Shown here piece after piece: positions 51,205 to 64,000 of a stretch of DNA of 64,000 nt. This stretch comes from Octopus bimaculoides (lineage: Eukaryota). Positions within the stretch are counted from its first letter, which is position 1; the number at the start of each line of letters is the position of its first letter. The translations under genes and the position numbers were made by a program. The notes beneath the pieces are model-generated. The model was not told the origin of the DNA and searched no databases. It worked only from the letters and a program-made list of their open reading frames with translations. The DNA lies in contig NC_068987.1 of NCBI RefSeq assembly GCF_001194135.2, positions 1,409,477-1,473,476 of the forward strand. Direction: 5' to 3'.

Positions 51205-51690
51205 AGGCGTGGTTGTGTGGTAAGAAGCTCGCTTCCTATTATAATGTGATTTCTGTATATGTAACCTTAGTTTCGGGCACAAGTACAATGTGACATATCG
51301 TACCACAGAACGGGGTAGACACCAACTGTCTCCACTTGATGTATTCCTAAATACTTCGTCAACACCTGTAACCAATCCAAAACAACTGTCAACGAACTAT
51401 AACAACTTCTCAACAATTTCCTGCGACTCTACGACCTAAGAACGACACCTTTCGACTTCCTGCAATTTCTCATTTATCGCTCTCAATCAAACACGCTGTT
51501 GATTATACGAGATCGGCTAGTCCATTCTCACAGGGGTGTCATGAGTCTCACCATAACATTTACCAACCATATAGTTTCGGGTTCAGTTCCACTGCGTGGA
51601 ACCTTTGGTATGCATCTTCTACAATAGCTTCGGTACGACCAGAGCCTTGTAAGTGGATTCGGTAGATGGAAAATGAACGAAGCCCGTAAT
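51205..51690 (+). mobile_element. SINE family C interrupted by a 326-bp insertion (51237-51562)
   Basis: Head AGGCGTGGTTGTGTGGTAAGAAGCTCGCTTCC stops at 51236. The body resumes CCAACCATATAGTTTCGGGTTCAGTTCCACTGCGTGG at 51563. Confidence 0.75.
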
Positions 51691-51972
51691 ATATATATAA
51701 TTAGTTTAATAAGTCTAAAAAAAGAAAGTAAATTATGGACTACGCGCGTTTCGTGGCTACATAATAGTAGAAAAGATCTGTGCAATCTACAATAAATCGA
51801 TCAAGATAAATTCCACTCAGAATGAAGTCACTCTTCAGGTCTTATGAATTCAAAAACCGTATCCCACTATTTAAATAATATAAATAAAATAAAATAGGAA
51901 TGAAGTAGAACTCAGAACATGAAGACAGACGAAATACCGCAAAGCATTTCGCCCGATGTACTAATGTTTCTA

Positions 51973-52203
51973 ATTTCTTTATTGCCCACAAGGGGCTAAA
52001 CATAGAGGGGACAAACAAGAACAGACAAAGGAATTAAGTCGATTAGATCGACCAGTACGCAACTGGTACTTAATTTATCGACCCCGAAAGGATGAAAAGC
52101 AAAGTCGACCTCGGCGGAATTTGAACTCAGACCGTAAAGACAGCCGAAATACCACTGAGTATTTCGCCCGACATGCTAACGTTTCTGCCTGTTCGCCGCC
52201 TTT
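51973..52203 (-). mobile_element. SINE family B (partial extra copy at about 51907-51972)
   Basis: TTTCTTTATTGCCCACAAGGGGCTAAACATAGAGGGGACAAACAAG...; very similar to 4940-5164. Confidence 0.9.
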
Positions 52204-54127
52204 TGTGCTAACGTTTCGCCCGATGTTCTCATGTTTCTGCCATCTTGCTGCCTTAGCACGGGTTAATATTGAACGAACCCAGAGCGTCATCAATTTTTTT
52301 TTTAACCCAGCGATGTTTTGCAGCGATGTAAGTTTTCTTGACTTGTGTGACCATTTCTCTATTTTATCGGCCATTGTCTGTCAGAATCTGTTGCCTTGCT
52401 GACAAATGCTAACGAGATGAAGACATAAGATACGATAACAACAGCGAAGTAAGAAAAGGACAAGGAATGACAACAAGAACTGATAACAATGCAGAAATAT
52501 AAAAATTGACAACACGAAACATATTTTGGGATAACAAGATAAATGTCCAATTTATCCAAATGGCTGATTTTGTACTCCTGTCTATTATTGGGATTTTATA
52601 CAAACAAATTAATACGTTGGTGTTGCTGCGTTAGCGGAGGTTAGCTATATTCTAAAAGTTATTATTAATGTACATAAGAATTATTTACAAATCAGTCCAT
52701 CCTGCTATTAGAAGAATCTGGTAGCCTACACGTGATTTCTAGGGCTAGCCTAGTGTGTTTAAGAGTGATGTATGCATACATTTACCGAGACATTGTAATC
52801 CATATATAGTCAAGCATTAAGACCTCATTATGTATATTATTAGGACATCTGTTAGTGACAACTGCAGTGGACAATGTCATTTGTTAAAAAGTGATTTGGT
52901 GTTTGTGACTCTAGCTTACACCTGGAGAGAAGAATTATTTTTCTGTGTTTCTTAACACCCTTAACACCAGAATTGAGTTCAGTTTGAAAGCTATTAGTTT
53001 AACCATCAGTGTAGCCAGTATATTGCATCTTTCTACTCACATCCAACAGCTCAAATTCAAACCGTTTATATTGTTACTAAACATGAGCAGATGCATCGAC
53101 ACCGGGGAACATAAAGAGTTGTTAGTTGACCTATCAACGAAAAAAAACCCAAAAAAAAACGTTTCCTCCTCATTGAACTTCTAAGTGACTCAGCAATCTA
53201 CAGCCATGTAATTCCTTAATGTACTTCTGTCAGAAAAAGTGTTCCTAACAAGACTGCAGTACATTTTGAGTTGCGGGTGAAATTCATCCAACAGGCTTCT
53301 TTACAGTTTATGTTAGAAGAAGAGGACTCTTGTCCAAGATGTTACGCAATGGAAACGAATCGGGGATTACGTGTTTGCTGATCAAGCTCCTTTACCACTC
53401 TGCCTCGCTGCACCAAGCTATAAGTACTTGCACACATACATACTCAAACAAATACTTGACAGGCGTTTACGTGAATATATATATATATATATATATATGC
53501 ATGTGTGTGTAAGCATGTATGTATATGTCTGCGTGTGTATATGTGTGTGTACGTCTGTATGTATATAATCTGCATATTTATGTTTGTATTTCTACATATA
53601 TATATATATATATACAGAGAGAGAGAGAGAGGGGGGAGGCAGATAGACAGACGTTTAGATGGATAAATGGAAAGATAGGTAGATAGACATAATTATAGAT
53701 AAACATACGTATTTATATATGTGTACATATAAACACATCGCTATAAATTAACATACAGACATTAACACTCACACTCTCGTATATACAAAGACGCAAAGAA
53801 GGAGAGACGGCGTTTGATACAGAGCTAAAAAAGATAATTTAGAATTAAATTAAATTTTTGAAATCAATTATTCAGAGATTTATTTTTTTCGTTTTGTTTA
53901 TTTGGTTTTGGTAAGAAATTATAATAAATTAAAAATTAAAGGAAGCTCTATTAAACTGTAATAAAGATAGACTCCATAATTTATGTAAGTTATCAAATCT
54001 ATTTTTGTATTGTAATCATTGCGAAGCAAAAAAAAAAAAGCCCAACGAGGTTTAAAGTTTCTTTAATGAATTATATAACTGATTGTGCTAACGATTACAC
54101 ATTATGTGTATGCAGGTGTGTATGCGT

Positions 54128-54182
<55 letters not shown>

Positions 54183-55086
54183 NNNNNNNNNNNNNNNNNN
54201 NNNNNNNNNNNNNNNNNNNNNNNNNNNNNNNNNNNNNNNNNNNNNNNNNNNNNNNNNNNNNNNNNNNNNNNNNNNNNNNNNNNNNNNNNNNNNNNNNNNN
54301 NNNNNNNNNNNNNNNNNNNNNNNNNNNNNNNNNNNNNNNNNNNNNNNNNNNNNNNNNNNNNNNNNNNNNNNNNNNNNNNNNNNNNNNNNNNNNNNNNNNN
54401 NNNNNNNNNNNNNNNNNNNNNNNNNNNNNNNNNNNNNNNNNNNNNNNNNNNNNNNNNNNNNNNNNNNNNNNNNNNNNNNNNNNNNNNNNNNNNNNNNNNN
54501 NNNNNNNNNNNNNNNNNNNNNNNNNNNNNNNNNNNNNNNNNNNNNNNNNNNNNNNNNNNNNNNNNNNNNNNNNNNNNNNNNNNNNNNNNNNNNNNNNNNN
54601 NNNNNNNNNNNNNNNNNNNNNNNNNNNNNNNNNNNNNNNNNNNNNNNNNNNNNNNNNNNNNNNNNNNNNNNNNNNNNNNNNNNNNNNNNNNNNNNNNNNN
54701 NNNNNNNNNNNNNNNNNNNNNNNNNNNNNNNNNNNNNNNNNNNNNNNNNNNNNNNNNNNNNNNNNNNNNNNNNNNNNNNNNNNNNNNNNNNNNNNNNNNN
54801 NNNNNNNNNNNNNNNNNNNNNNNNNNNNNNNNNNNNNNNNNNNNNNNNNNNNNNNNNNNNNNNNNNNNNNNNNNNNNNNNNNNNNNNNNNNNNNNNNNNN
54901 NNNNNNNNNNNNNNNNNNNNNNNNNNNNNNNNNNNNNNNNNNNNNNNNNNNNNNNNNNNNNNNNNNNNNNNNNNNNNNNNNNNNNNNNNNNNNNNNNNNN
55001 NNNNNNNNNNNNNNNNNNNNNNNNNNNNNNNNTATATATATATATATACTGTGTAAATATATATATATATATATATATATACTGTG

Positions 55087-55129
<43 letters not shown>

Positions 55130-55202
55130 TGTGTACACATATATATAGCGGTGCCTCATCATGGCGGCAGTCTAAGGATTGAAACAAATAAGATATGAAA
55201 TA

Positions 55203-55351
55203 TATACGACGGGTTTCTGTCAATCTCCGTCTACCAAATCCACTCACAAGCCGTTGGTCGACCCAAGGCTATAATAGAAGACACTTGCCCGAGGACTGAA
55301 CCTAGAATCTTGTCATTACGAAGCAAATTTATAACTACTCAGCCACGCCCA
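55203..55351 (-). mobile_element. SINE family C, 5' part (plus-strand tail fragment at 55148-55200)
   Basis: TACGACGGG...CCGTCTACCAAATCCACTCACAAG...AGAAGACACTTGCCCGAGGACTGAACC. Confidence 0.85.
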
Positions 55352-55969
55352 CGTCACGTATCAAATTCGTGTCACACACTTTAATTTAAGGGCGTTTACG
55401 ATAATTGCTTTATTATCCAATACATCACTATTCATACAGTTGAAATATAGTTAGAGTATGTCACCAGTACATACGGACATTGTTTAATTAATTAGGAAAA
55501 TAATTACGATGAAATAAAACGCTATTTTTGAAAATTTTTCTGTGAATATATTTCATGAAGCCATAATTCAACAAACCCAAAACGCAATCAATGATATTGT
55601 AATTATTTAATTAATTAAACAAAATATTGATCCTTATGTAGCATTACAAGACGGACACGTAATTCTTTCATGAAATCAATTGAATGTCTCCAGAAATTCA
55701 ATGTTGTCTATAAGTTATGTATTATATTTTCTCCATAGAGTTTGTTATATTTAATAATTTCAAAAGTAAGACCAATGAAACGGTACAGAATAATGAACTG
55801 CTGGTTCCATTGTTTGGAAAATAAGACACTCGCAGAGAATTTTCAAGAAATGTTTATTTAATGGTGGGAAGAATCTTTAAGTATTTTTGAACTGGTTCTT
55901 GGCATTCAAGTAACAAACAATAGGATACATTTATCGGAATTGAGAGAAAATCTGTTCTAATTGGTATCT

Positions 55970-56038
<69 letters not shown>

Positions 56039-56888
56039 NNNNNNNNNNNNNNNNNNNNNNNNNNNNNNNNNNNNNNNNNNNNNNNNNNNNNNNNNNNNNN
56101 NNNNNNNNNNNNNNNNNNNNNNNNNNNNNNNNNNNNNNNNNNNNNNNNNNNNNNNNNNNNNNNNNNNNNNNNNNNNNNNNNNNNNNNNNNNNNNNNNNNN
56201 NNNNNNNNNNNNNNNNNNNNNNNNNNNNNNNNNNNNNNNNNNNNNNNNNNNNNNNNNNNNNNNNNNNNNNNNNNNNNNNNNNNNNNNNNNNNNNNNNNNN
56301 NNNNNNNNNNNNNNNNNNNNNNNNNNNNNNNNNNNNNNNNNNNNNNNNNNNNNNNNNNNNNNNNNNNNNNNNNNNNNNNNNNNNNNNNNNNNNNNNNNNN
56401 NNNNNNNNNNNNNNNNNNNNNNNNNNNNNNNNNNNNNNNNNNNNNNNNNNNNNNNNNNNNNNNNNNNNNNNNNNNNNNNNNNNNNNNNNNNNNNNNNNNN
56501 NNNNNNNNNNNNNNNNNNNNNNNNNNNNNNNNNNNNNNNNNNNNNNNNNNNNNNNNNNNNNNNNNNNNNNNNNNNNNNNNNNNNNNNNNNNNNNNNNNNN
56601 NNNNNNNNNNNNNNNNNNNNNNNNNNNNNNNNNNNNNNNNNNNNNNNNNNNNNNNNNNNNNNNNNNNNNNNNNNNNNNNNNNNNNNNNNNNNNNNNNNNN
56701 NNNNNNNNNNNNNNNNNNNNNNNNNNNNNNNNNNNNNNNNNNNNNNNNNNNNNNNNNNNNNNNNNNNNNNNNNNNNNNNNNNNNNNNNNNNNNNNNNNNN
56801 NNNNNNNNNNNNNNNNNNNNNNNNNNNNNNNNNNNNNNNNNNNNNNNNNNNNNNNNNNNNNTATATATATATATATATATATATATCC

Positions 56889-57140
56889 GGAAACATACTA
56901 GGGATGGGTGATTTTAACCTCCCTTATAAATACTTTGAAGTTAGGCAAATGCTCTAAATTTGCGGCAGCACCAGGATTACCCTTTAATCTAATGTATAAA
57001 CACTTCCTGGCCCAGCTAGGGCTCGAACCAACAAGACAGAATAAAACGATCTTGGATCTAATATTAACCAACCATTCCAGCTCCGTTCACAGTATTTCAG
57101 TCGAGAAAACTCTCCTCTCAGACCACGACATGATACTCAG
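56889..57140 (+). pseudogene. CR1/Jockey-group LINE apurinic-type endonuclease fragment
   Basis: MGDFNLP, then frameshift to FLAQLGLEPTRQNKTILDLILTNHSSSVHSISVEKTLLSDHDMI. The GDFN, PTR, LDL and SDH motifs are diagnostic of LINE endonucleases. Confidence 0.85.
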
Positions 57141-57888
57141 CAATTCTCATTCGTCTGTCTGCGTATTGGTCTAATGTCTGTGCGTATGAATGTGTGTGTG
57201 CGTTTGTTTAGAAGATGCAGAAACGGTGAGAGTAAACGAACGGTTTGTGTGTGCGTGTACGCATGTTTGTGTGTATGTGGTTGTGTGTGAGTAGATTCGT
57301 GTGACTGAATATGTGCGTGTTTGTGTGATTGTGGATGTGTGAGTACTACCTATTTGTTGCCTCTTTAAATGTCCATTCGTTTGTCTTTCAAGTTGTTGGT
57401 CAGTCAGCTGAAGATGGATCGGTTCAGGGTGCGCCTATTTTATGTGGGGAGGGAAAGGAGAAAAACATAATAGGTACGCGTGTAAGAGCATATGTGTGCG
57501 CCTGTATGTCTACATATAAGTGCGTGCGTGAGAGAGAGAGAGTGAGAGGTAGAGAGAGAGAATGAGAGGTAGAGAGAGAGAGTGAGGGCGTGTGTGTGTG
57601 AGAGTTGATGTCTCGTAGCGTGAATGAGTGTATGCCTGTGTGATAGAAAGATGTTATAATTTTGAGCAGATTTAAAAATTAATAACGGATTATTTTCAGA
57701 TGGGACGATTCACTCCATACTGAAAGTTATGTCAAATATTGTTTTAAAAATGGTGTTAGAAAGAACTTCAAATTTCGTTTCACGGGTTCAAGTGTTTGAC
57801 TAAACCGTGAAGCAGAAATTAAAGTCTCTGTCAGTACAGAAGTGTTACCACTTGGTGAAGTCTTTTAATTATATGTGGGGCACCATGG

Positions 57889-58130
57889 CCCACTCTAGCA
57901 AAGAGTTATTTTTGTTGGAGACAAATCCAGGTGTAGGAATGTTGAAGAAATTTGTCCTGTGAACATTTGAATTTTATGGGATCCGTTTCCGCTTTGATAT
58001 ACTTTGGTATGGTATTAAAGAGAGCTGGACCGGTTGAGGTGAAGTAGTTGTGACGTAATGTTGTTATGTGTCCTGGGTGGATAGCACGGTGGCCAAGTCT
58101 TGGTTGGGTTTTACAATTGATGCCAACATC
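57889..58130 (-). pseudogene. CR1-type LINE ORF2 C-terminal tail
   Basis: QPRLGHRAIHPGHITTLRHNYFTSTGPALFNTIPKYIKAETDPIKFKCSQDKFLQ then PTPGFVSNKNNSLLEW, matching the GPxLFNxIPxxI...FKxxLDKFL tail. Confidence 0.75.
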
Positions 58131-58202
58131 AAAGTTATTATACACGTACATGTATATACATACATATATACATATATGTATACACATCCATAAACATATA
58201 TA

Positions 58203-58570
58203 TCTTTTATCGTTTTGTCTTTTCCTTGTTTCAGTCATTAAACTGCGGCCATGCTGGGGCACCGCCTTCAAGAACGTTTCATCGAAATCATCGACACCAG
58301 TACATATTTTTTAGACCTGTTTTGTTTTTAGCCGAGCCACAAAGCGGTGCAGTGGTGGGGAGACAAAGACAGTCATAAAGACACACAGACACACATATCT
58401 ACACACATACACGACATGCTTCTTTCAATTTGCGTCTACCAAATTCACATACAAGTTTGTCATCGGCCGGAGGCTATTGTAGAAATAACTTCCTCAAGGT
58501 ATCACGCAGTGGGACTGAACCTGCAACCATGTGGTTGGTAAACAAGCTTCTCACCACACAGCCACACCTA
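58203..58570 (-). mobile_element. SINE family C, near full length
   Basis: CTTGTTTCAGTCATTAAACTGCGGCCATGCTGGGGCACCGCC...CACGCAGTGGGACTGAACCTGCAACCATGTGGTTGGTAAACAAGCTTCTCACCACACAGCC. Confidence 0.9.
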
Positions 58571-58898
58571 CGACTGTGTGTATGCATGTGTTTGAATGAC
58601 TTGAAGTAAAAGTTGTTTATTAAATATACACCACTACATGTTGCATGTGTGAACAGATATGTAAACGAAATGAACGTTTGTCGTTTACCTCCAAGATTAA
58701 TTTAGATCGCGAAAATAAACAATACATTTCCTCTCATAGCAAACATAAAATTACACCTTCATATAAACACACGCGTATATACATCCATCCATATATAAAC
58801 ATGTAACTAGACCGTCCCCTATACACAAATACATGTATGTAGATATCTATCTATCTCACTCTCTATATACATGTGTGTGTATAAAAAATACATATGTA

Positions 58899-58936
<38 letters not shown>

Positions 58937-59621
58937 NNNNNNNNNNNNNNNNNNNNNNNNNNNNNNNNNNNNNNNNNNNNNNNNNNNNNNNNNNNNNNNN
59001 NNNNNNNNNNNNNNGTATATATATATGTATATATATATATATATATGTAATTAGAAAATACACATTTAGATTTTTCATTCGGACGAAAATGGATTTTAAT
59101 TTTCTCGTAGAAGGAAGAATGAATATGTGTTTTATATTTGCGTAATATATTTTAGTCTTCATCAATAACGAAAATTGCAGACATGCAATTACCAAAGACT
59201 TGTATTATTATCCAGGACTTATTTAAATCTCTGTCTAACATTATCACATTACACCGGCGTCTGTGAAAGCAGCTTCATTTCCAAAATGGCGAATCTACGC
59301 TATACGTTCCATGATTTGTTTATTTTTCACTCGTTGGCTTTTGATAGAAATAATTTGCAGCGAGACAGCTTTAGAGAAAGAAATAACTAAATATAAATCT
59401 ACATTATGTATATGCATTATACGCAGTGTATATACATTGTAGACGTGTCTGTATGTAGACAGATATAGTATTAAGTTTGTCTCCGTTTCGTTTATTCCCT
59501 TCGTGAATATGTCCATTAGGTTGTTTTTGTAAATACATAAAACCATTCCCACGCATATTTGAGAGTATATCGATACTTATACATGTGTGTAATTATGTAT
59601 ATTAAATGCATATATACATCC

Positions 59622-59661
<40 letters not shown>

Positions 59662-60140
59662 GTGTGTGTGTGTATATGGATATCGATTAAGCTTGTCAAT
59701 CGTTTTATTTCAATCAACGAAAAAATAAGTAGATTTGACATATTGGTATCTACTGCGTAGGTTTACATACATACATTTATACTCTCACACTCAAACACGC
59801 ACACACACATGCACACGTACACTCGCACGTGCACACACACGTACACACGCGCACACATACACACATACACATACACACACACATACACACACAAATCTGA
59901 AGGAGAATGTCTAAATATTTCGCAGCGGCTGTCTTTCCAAGTGGAAACTGACCCCTTCTCATACTTTCTATCCCCGTACTGTTGTAATGTTGCCATTGTA
60001 TATCTTGTGACTTAGCTTCGTGTCGATATTTTATGAACTAACGTCACAATTAATGTTTTACATATACAATATGTCTGTGACCTAAATAACATACGGATTT
60101 ATGCACCGAAGTAGAAACCTTCGTGCTTTGAGTTAATGTT

Positions 60141-60180
60141 CGTACCTGATGAAGCGGAACGACCCCGAAATGCGTGTGTC
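60141..60180 (+). ncRNA. Degenerate hammerhead-like fold
   Basis: CGTAC-CTGATGA-A-GCGG-AACGA-CCCC-GAAA-TGCGT-GTGTC. The core is present, but stem I and the triplet are damaged. Confidence 0.35.
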
Positions 60181-60386
60181 CTACTCACAAGGCCCAAAAT
60201 GTGTATTTATACGAGTAGAGGTGGGGAAACTCCAACTTCTCCGGGACTATTCCTGTAACGATTGGTCGTATAAAGGCTTAATACAGTCGAACGTAGTAAA
60301 CATGACTTCACATGAAATCACACACATCGCACATACACGCACGCGCGCACACACGTTCACACACTCGCACACACACACACACACAC

Positions 60387-60420
<34 letters not shown>

Positions 60421-60699
60421 AAAACGCAATGAACGCTATTCTTTATTTAAAATCACTACAAATGTTTCGACATATTTTTACACTTATATTAAATTGGTGA
60501 CATGCAGCAGGAACATTTCCAGTATATGATCACATCAGGTAGCCAATAATTACTGGATTACTGCTAAGTTAACCCTTGCATTCTGTTGAGGTTTATCACT
60601 TAACAAGGGTGATGACCATCTCGGTGTGAATCTAGCCGTCTACAAAATTGATTTGAAAAGACTATTCCGGAGAAATTCTTTAACCTGGGTACTAAAGAG

Positions 60700-60990
60700 C
60701 CCTTACAAATTCATGTCATGCAAGTACCGCTGTGTAGAATTGCCTGTTTGGCGGATACCTGTTGTTAATTTCGCTTGTCCTAGATGTACAAAGAGTGATA
60801 AAACCGTTTTGCCCACACATCCACTGTGTCGGACCATTGTTGAATTAAGGGGTTTTACTGAATATCTGTTGTCACATATAAGACAGACGCGGCCATCAGA
60901 CGAGTGAAAATGTGAGGAATGCCGCACGATCTTTTACGGCCTGCAAAGACAGAAAATTATTTTTAACTTTGCGGCCATGGCGGAAAAGCT
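60700..60990 (-). pseudogene. Possible decayed hAT transposase N-terminal zinc-finger fragment
   Basis: HFHSSDGRVCLICDNRYSVKPLNSTMVRH resembles the xVCLIC...K..N..RH motif of SPIN/Charlie-like transposases. No TIRs found. Confidence 0.3.
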
Positions 60991-61329
60991 TATATTGTGG
61001 ACAAGATGGAAAGGACTAAAAAAAAACAGATTTCTTCATTTGCGGTTAACCCTTTAATAACTCCAAATATCATTTGGGAATGCTGAGGAAGGGCTGTAGA
61101 AGGAGACGTACAGATAAAAGAAATCATTTTTTCCTTTGATTTACCAAGGCTCATTCCCTTGTAGGGAGATCTTTAGCTCCTTCTCTATAATCTCTCACTG
61201 TTTTATACAATCCGTTGGGTATCAAATCCACATTTTCCAGTATGCTCGTGTAATGTCCACATGAAAACATTGCTTTTGTGGCAAATAGAGAAAGGAAGTT
61301 CAAGTGAATTTTAAACATGTTTAAGATGC

Positions 61330-61580
61330 AGTACACATTTCTTTTTTCTTCTTTTTCCTCTTTCCACTTCTTCTTCCTTCTCTTCTTTTCCCTCTTTCTC
61401 TCTTTCCTCTTCCTCTCCTTCCTCTTCTTCTCCTTCTTCTCCTTCTTCTTCTTCTTCTTCTTCTTCTTCTTCTTCTTCTTCTTCTTCTTCTTCTTCTTCT
61501 TCCTCCTTCCTCTTCCTTTTCTTCTTCCCCTTCTTTTTCGTCTTCTTCTTAACTCTTTTTCTTCTTCAGTCTCTCTCTCA
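61330..61580. repeat. Polypyrimidine (CTT)n tract
   Basis: Read directly; source of the poly-Lys and poly-Phe ORFs. Confidence 0.95.
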
Positions 61581-61674
61581 CTCTCTCCTTCTCTCCTCAA
61601 TTTTATATTCATCCCCACTGTTCTACTTTGCTCACTCATTCTTCATCACTCAACCTCTGTAAATACATAAGTAC

Positions 61675-61713
<39 letters not shown>

Positions 61714-61723
61714 CTATATATGC

Positions 61724-61764
<41 letters not shown>

Positions 61765-62062
61765 AACATAAGTGTTAATATAGGTATATATGTCTATGAG
61801 TGTGTCTCGGTATGTAATACTTCGTGTGATGTTCCGACGACGCCATGGTAACAGTAACAGTTGTAAAGATTGATGAAGGATTAAAAAAAAAAATACCCGT
61901 AAAGAGTCTCGAAGATAAAACAAACTACAACCAACGAAATAAAGGATAAAATTCAGAAGCAACTTCAAGACATGTTATATTATTTTATTACATAAATTAT
62001 ATATTATGGAGAAATTTGCCTTCAGAGTTCGTTTTAAATTCAACAGTCTCTGTGTGTGTGTT

Positions 62063-62097
<35 letters not shown>

Positions 62098-62277
62098 NNN
62101 NNNNNNNNNNNNNNNNNNNNNNNNNNNNNNNNNNNNNNNNNNNNNNNNNNNNNNNNNNNNNNNNNNNNNNNNNNNNNNNNNNNNNNNNNNNNNNNNNNNN
62201 NNNNNNNNNNNNNNNNNNNNNNNNNNNNNNNNNNNNNNNNNNNNNNNNNNNNNNNNNNNNNNNNNNNNNNNNNNNNN

Positions 62278-62318
<41 letters not shown>

Positions 62319-62510
62319 TATTTGTATTTGTGTATCCTATGTATGTATATACACACATGTGCACATATGTTTCGCTGAATTTTAAAGTGACATCTAGCAA
62401 CGTGACTGTGATATGGAAAAAGCAACGTAAATTCTGTTTGTGTGGCTTTGTGTATGTATGTATGTGTGGGCGCGCGTGTATGGGTTTGTATGCAGGTGGG
62501 TAGGAGGCTG

Positions 62511-62548
<38 letters not shown>

Positions 62549-62720
62549 AGCGAGAGGAATATTTCGTAGATAATGTTTCCCTATTGATCGAGGTATGGAT
62601 TGACAGAAACTGGTGTCGCTTAGATAGAAATTACCGATATTGAAATTGTATCATGCAACGTTGCTTTATTTAACACGCACGCACACACACACACACACAC
62701 ACACACGCGCGCGCACATAT

Positions 62721-62760
<40 letters not shown>

Positions 62761-62774
62761 ATACATGTAGATAT

Positions 62775-62846
<72 letters not shown>

Positions 62847-63237
62847 GTTTGTCTAGTCATACATATTTACCAGTCATATATGATATATTGCATGTGGGGA
62901 TATCATATATTGAGCATGCATGTTTGTTTAAATATACATACAGAATAACACACACATACACATACAGTAAGACACGACCACCTGGATGTGTGTATGTATG
63001 TAATGTATATATGCAAATATGTATGTATGCAGGTAGTATGTAGTGCTTGCTGTGTCATCGTAGTACACAGCGTTTGTGTTAGTGAGAGACTCGGAATAGC
63101 GCCGTCCGGCAGGCCAATTACCTCCCATCAATTTTGTGAACGATATTAACCCGGTCATCAAGTTTGATATTGCATTTGACAACTGAACTTATATTGGAAG
63201 AGAATATGCAGTGCCCATTAGTTATATACATACATAC

Positions 63238-63286
<49 letters not shown>

Positions 63287-63402
63287 GATACATGCATGCA
63301 CATATATATATATGTATATATATTTATATGCACATATATATACACGCACTCACACATGTATGTATATATGTATACTTATATATATCTTTAGACTTATGCA
63401 TG

Positions 63403-63435
<33 letters not shown>

Positions 63436-63917
63436 TTAATTTTTTTTAAGCACGCAAGACAGCCTTGTACTGAATGTGTGTAGACTTCAAACTCTATTTG
63501 TCATTTTTAATTTAAACAGGATTTCATATCCGGATTTATAGGATCCAAGCCTGCATGCAATTGACCTTGTGATCGATTATATAAAAGATTAAAAACAAAA
63601 TAAATACGCAACACCTGTTCGATTAATCATAATATTCTAGTACCGTATTGTTCGCAGTAACGCTTACTTTACAGCATTTTCCAATCCGAACATCCCTATG
63701 TTTTGCGAAGTGTATATTCAGTTTTATGTTAATAAAGTATTGTGTTATGTAGCCTCGAAATAATGTAATATCTATCGCTATTTCTACAGAATAAATCTCT
63801 GCATAGTAACCTGCCGAGTTTCTAGACATTCCTACAGCTATTCAGAAGTTTAATATGTATGTATGTATGCATGTTTAGACATATATACATACATATACAC
63901 GCACACACATGTACTCA

Positions 63918-63980
<63 letters not shown>

Positions 63981-64000
63981 GAAGGCACATGGCCCTGTAG
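63981..64000 (+). mobile_element. Start of a family A SINE, cut by the window edge
   Basis: GAAGGCACATGGC matches the head at 536. Confidence 0.5.

Noticed and set aside
52300-52335. Acceptor-donor pair (CCCAG or TGCAG ... GAT|GTAAGT)
   Set aside because: The 17-nt or 4-nt lengths break frame, and it is adjacent to SINE debris.
54066-56911. ORFs of 300-380 aa in the track
   Set aside because: They are translations of N-gaps and (TA)n/(CA)n. The same applies to the ORFs near 2.0, 12, 22, 39.7, 48 and 62 kb.

Overview
This is AT-rich eukaryotic non-coding DNA with very many microsatellites and 12 N-gaps, most of them flanked by (TA)n or (CA)n. The tRNA-derived SINE families, CR1/Penelope remnants and microsatellite load look like an octopus (coleoid cephalopod) genome; that assignment is recognition, not a database result. 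I find no complete protein-coding gene. Nearly all ORFs in the supplied track are microsatellite or gap artefacts. The window reads as a long intron or intergenic tract with about 25 SINE copies in three families. It also holds decayed LINE fragments (CR1 endonuclease and RT tail, a Hero-like RLE fragment, a Penelope N-terminus), a hAT MITE with an 8-bp TSD, a Helentron/HINE-like element and two long palindromes. The most interesting signal is six minimal type I hammerhead ribozyme folds in Penelope-like remnants. They are at 29242-29302, 47699-47774, 26652-26687 and 14066-14096 on the minus strand, with degenerate copies at 1885-1919 and 60141-60180 on plus. They have palindromic stem III regions, the dimer-dependent architecture, and two related copies show a compensatory base pair. 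There are also two plus-strand frame-preserving microexon candidates (15 nt and 30 nt) and a few promoter or exon-like patches, all unconfirmed. Repeat boundaries are approximate (about 10 bp) unless terminal motifs are quoted.
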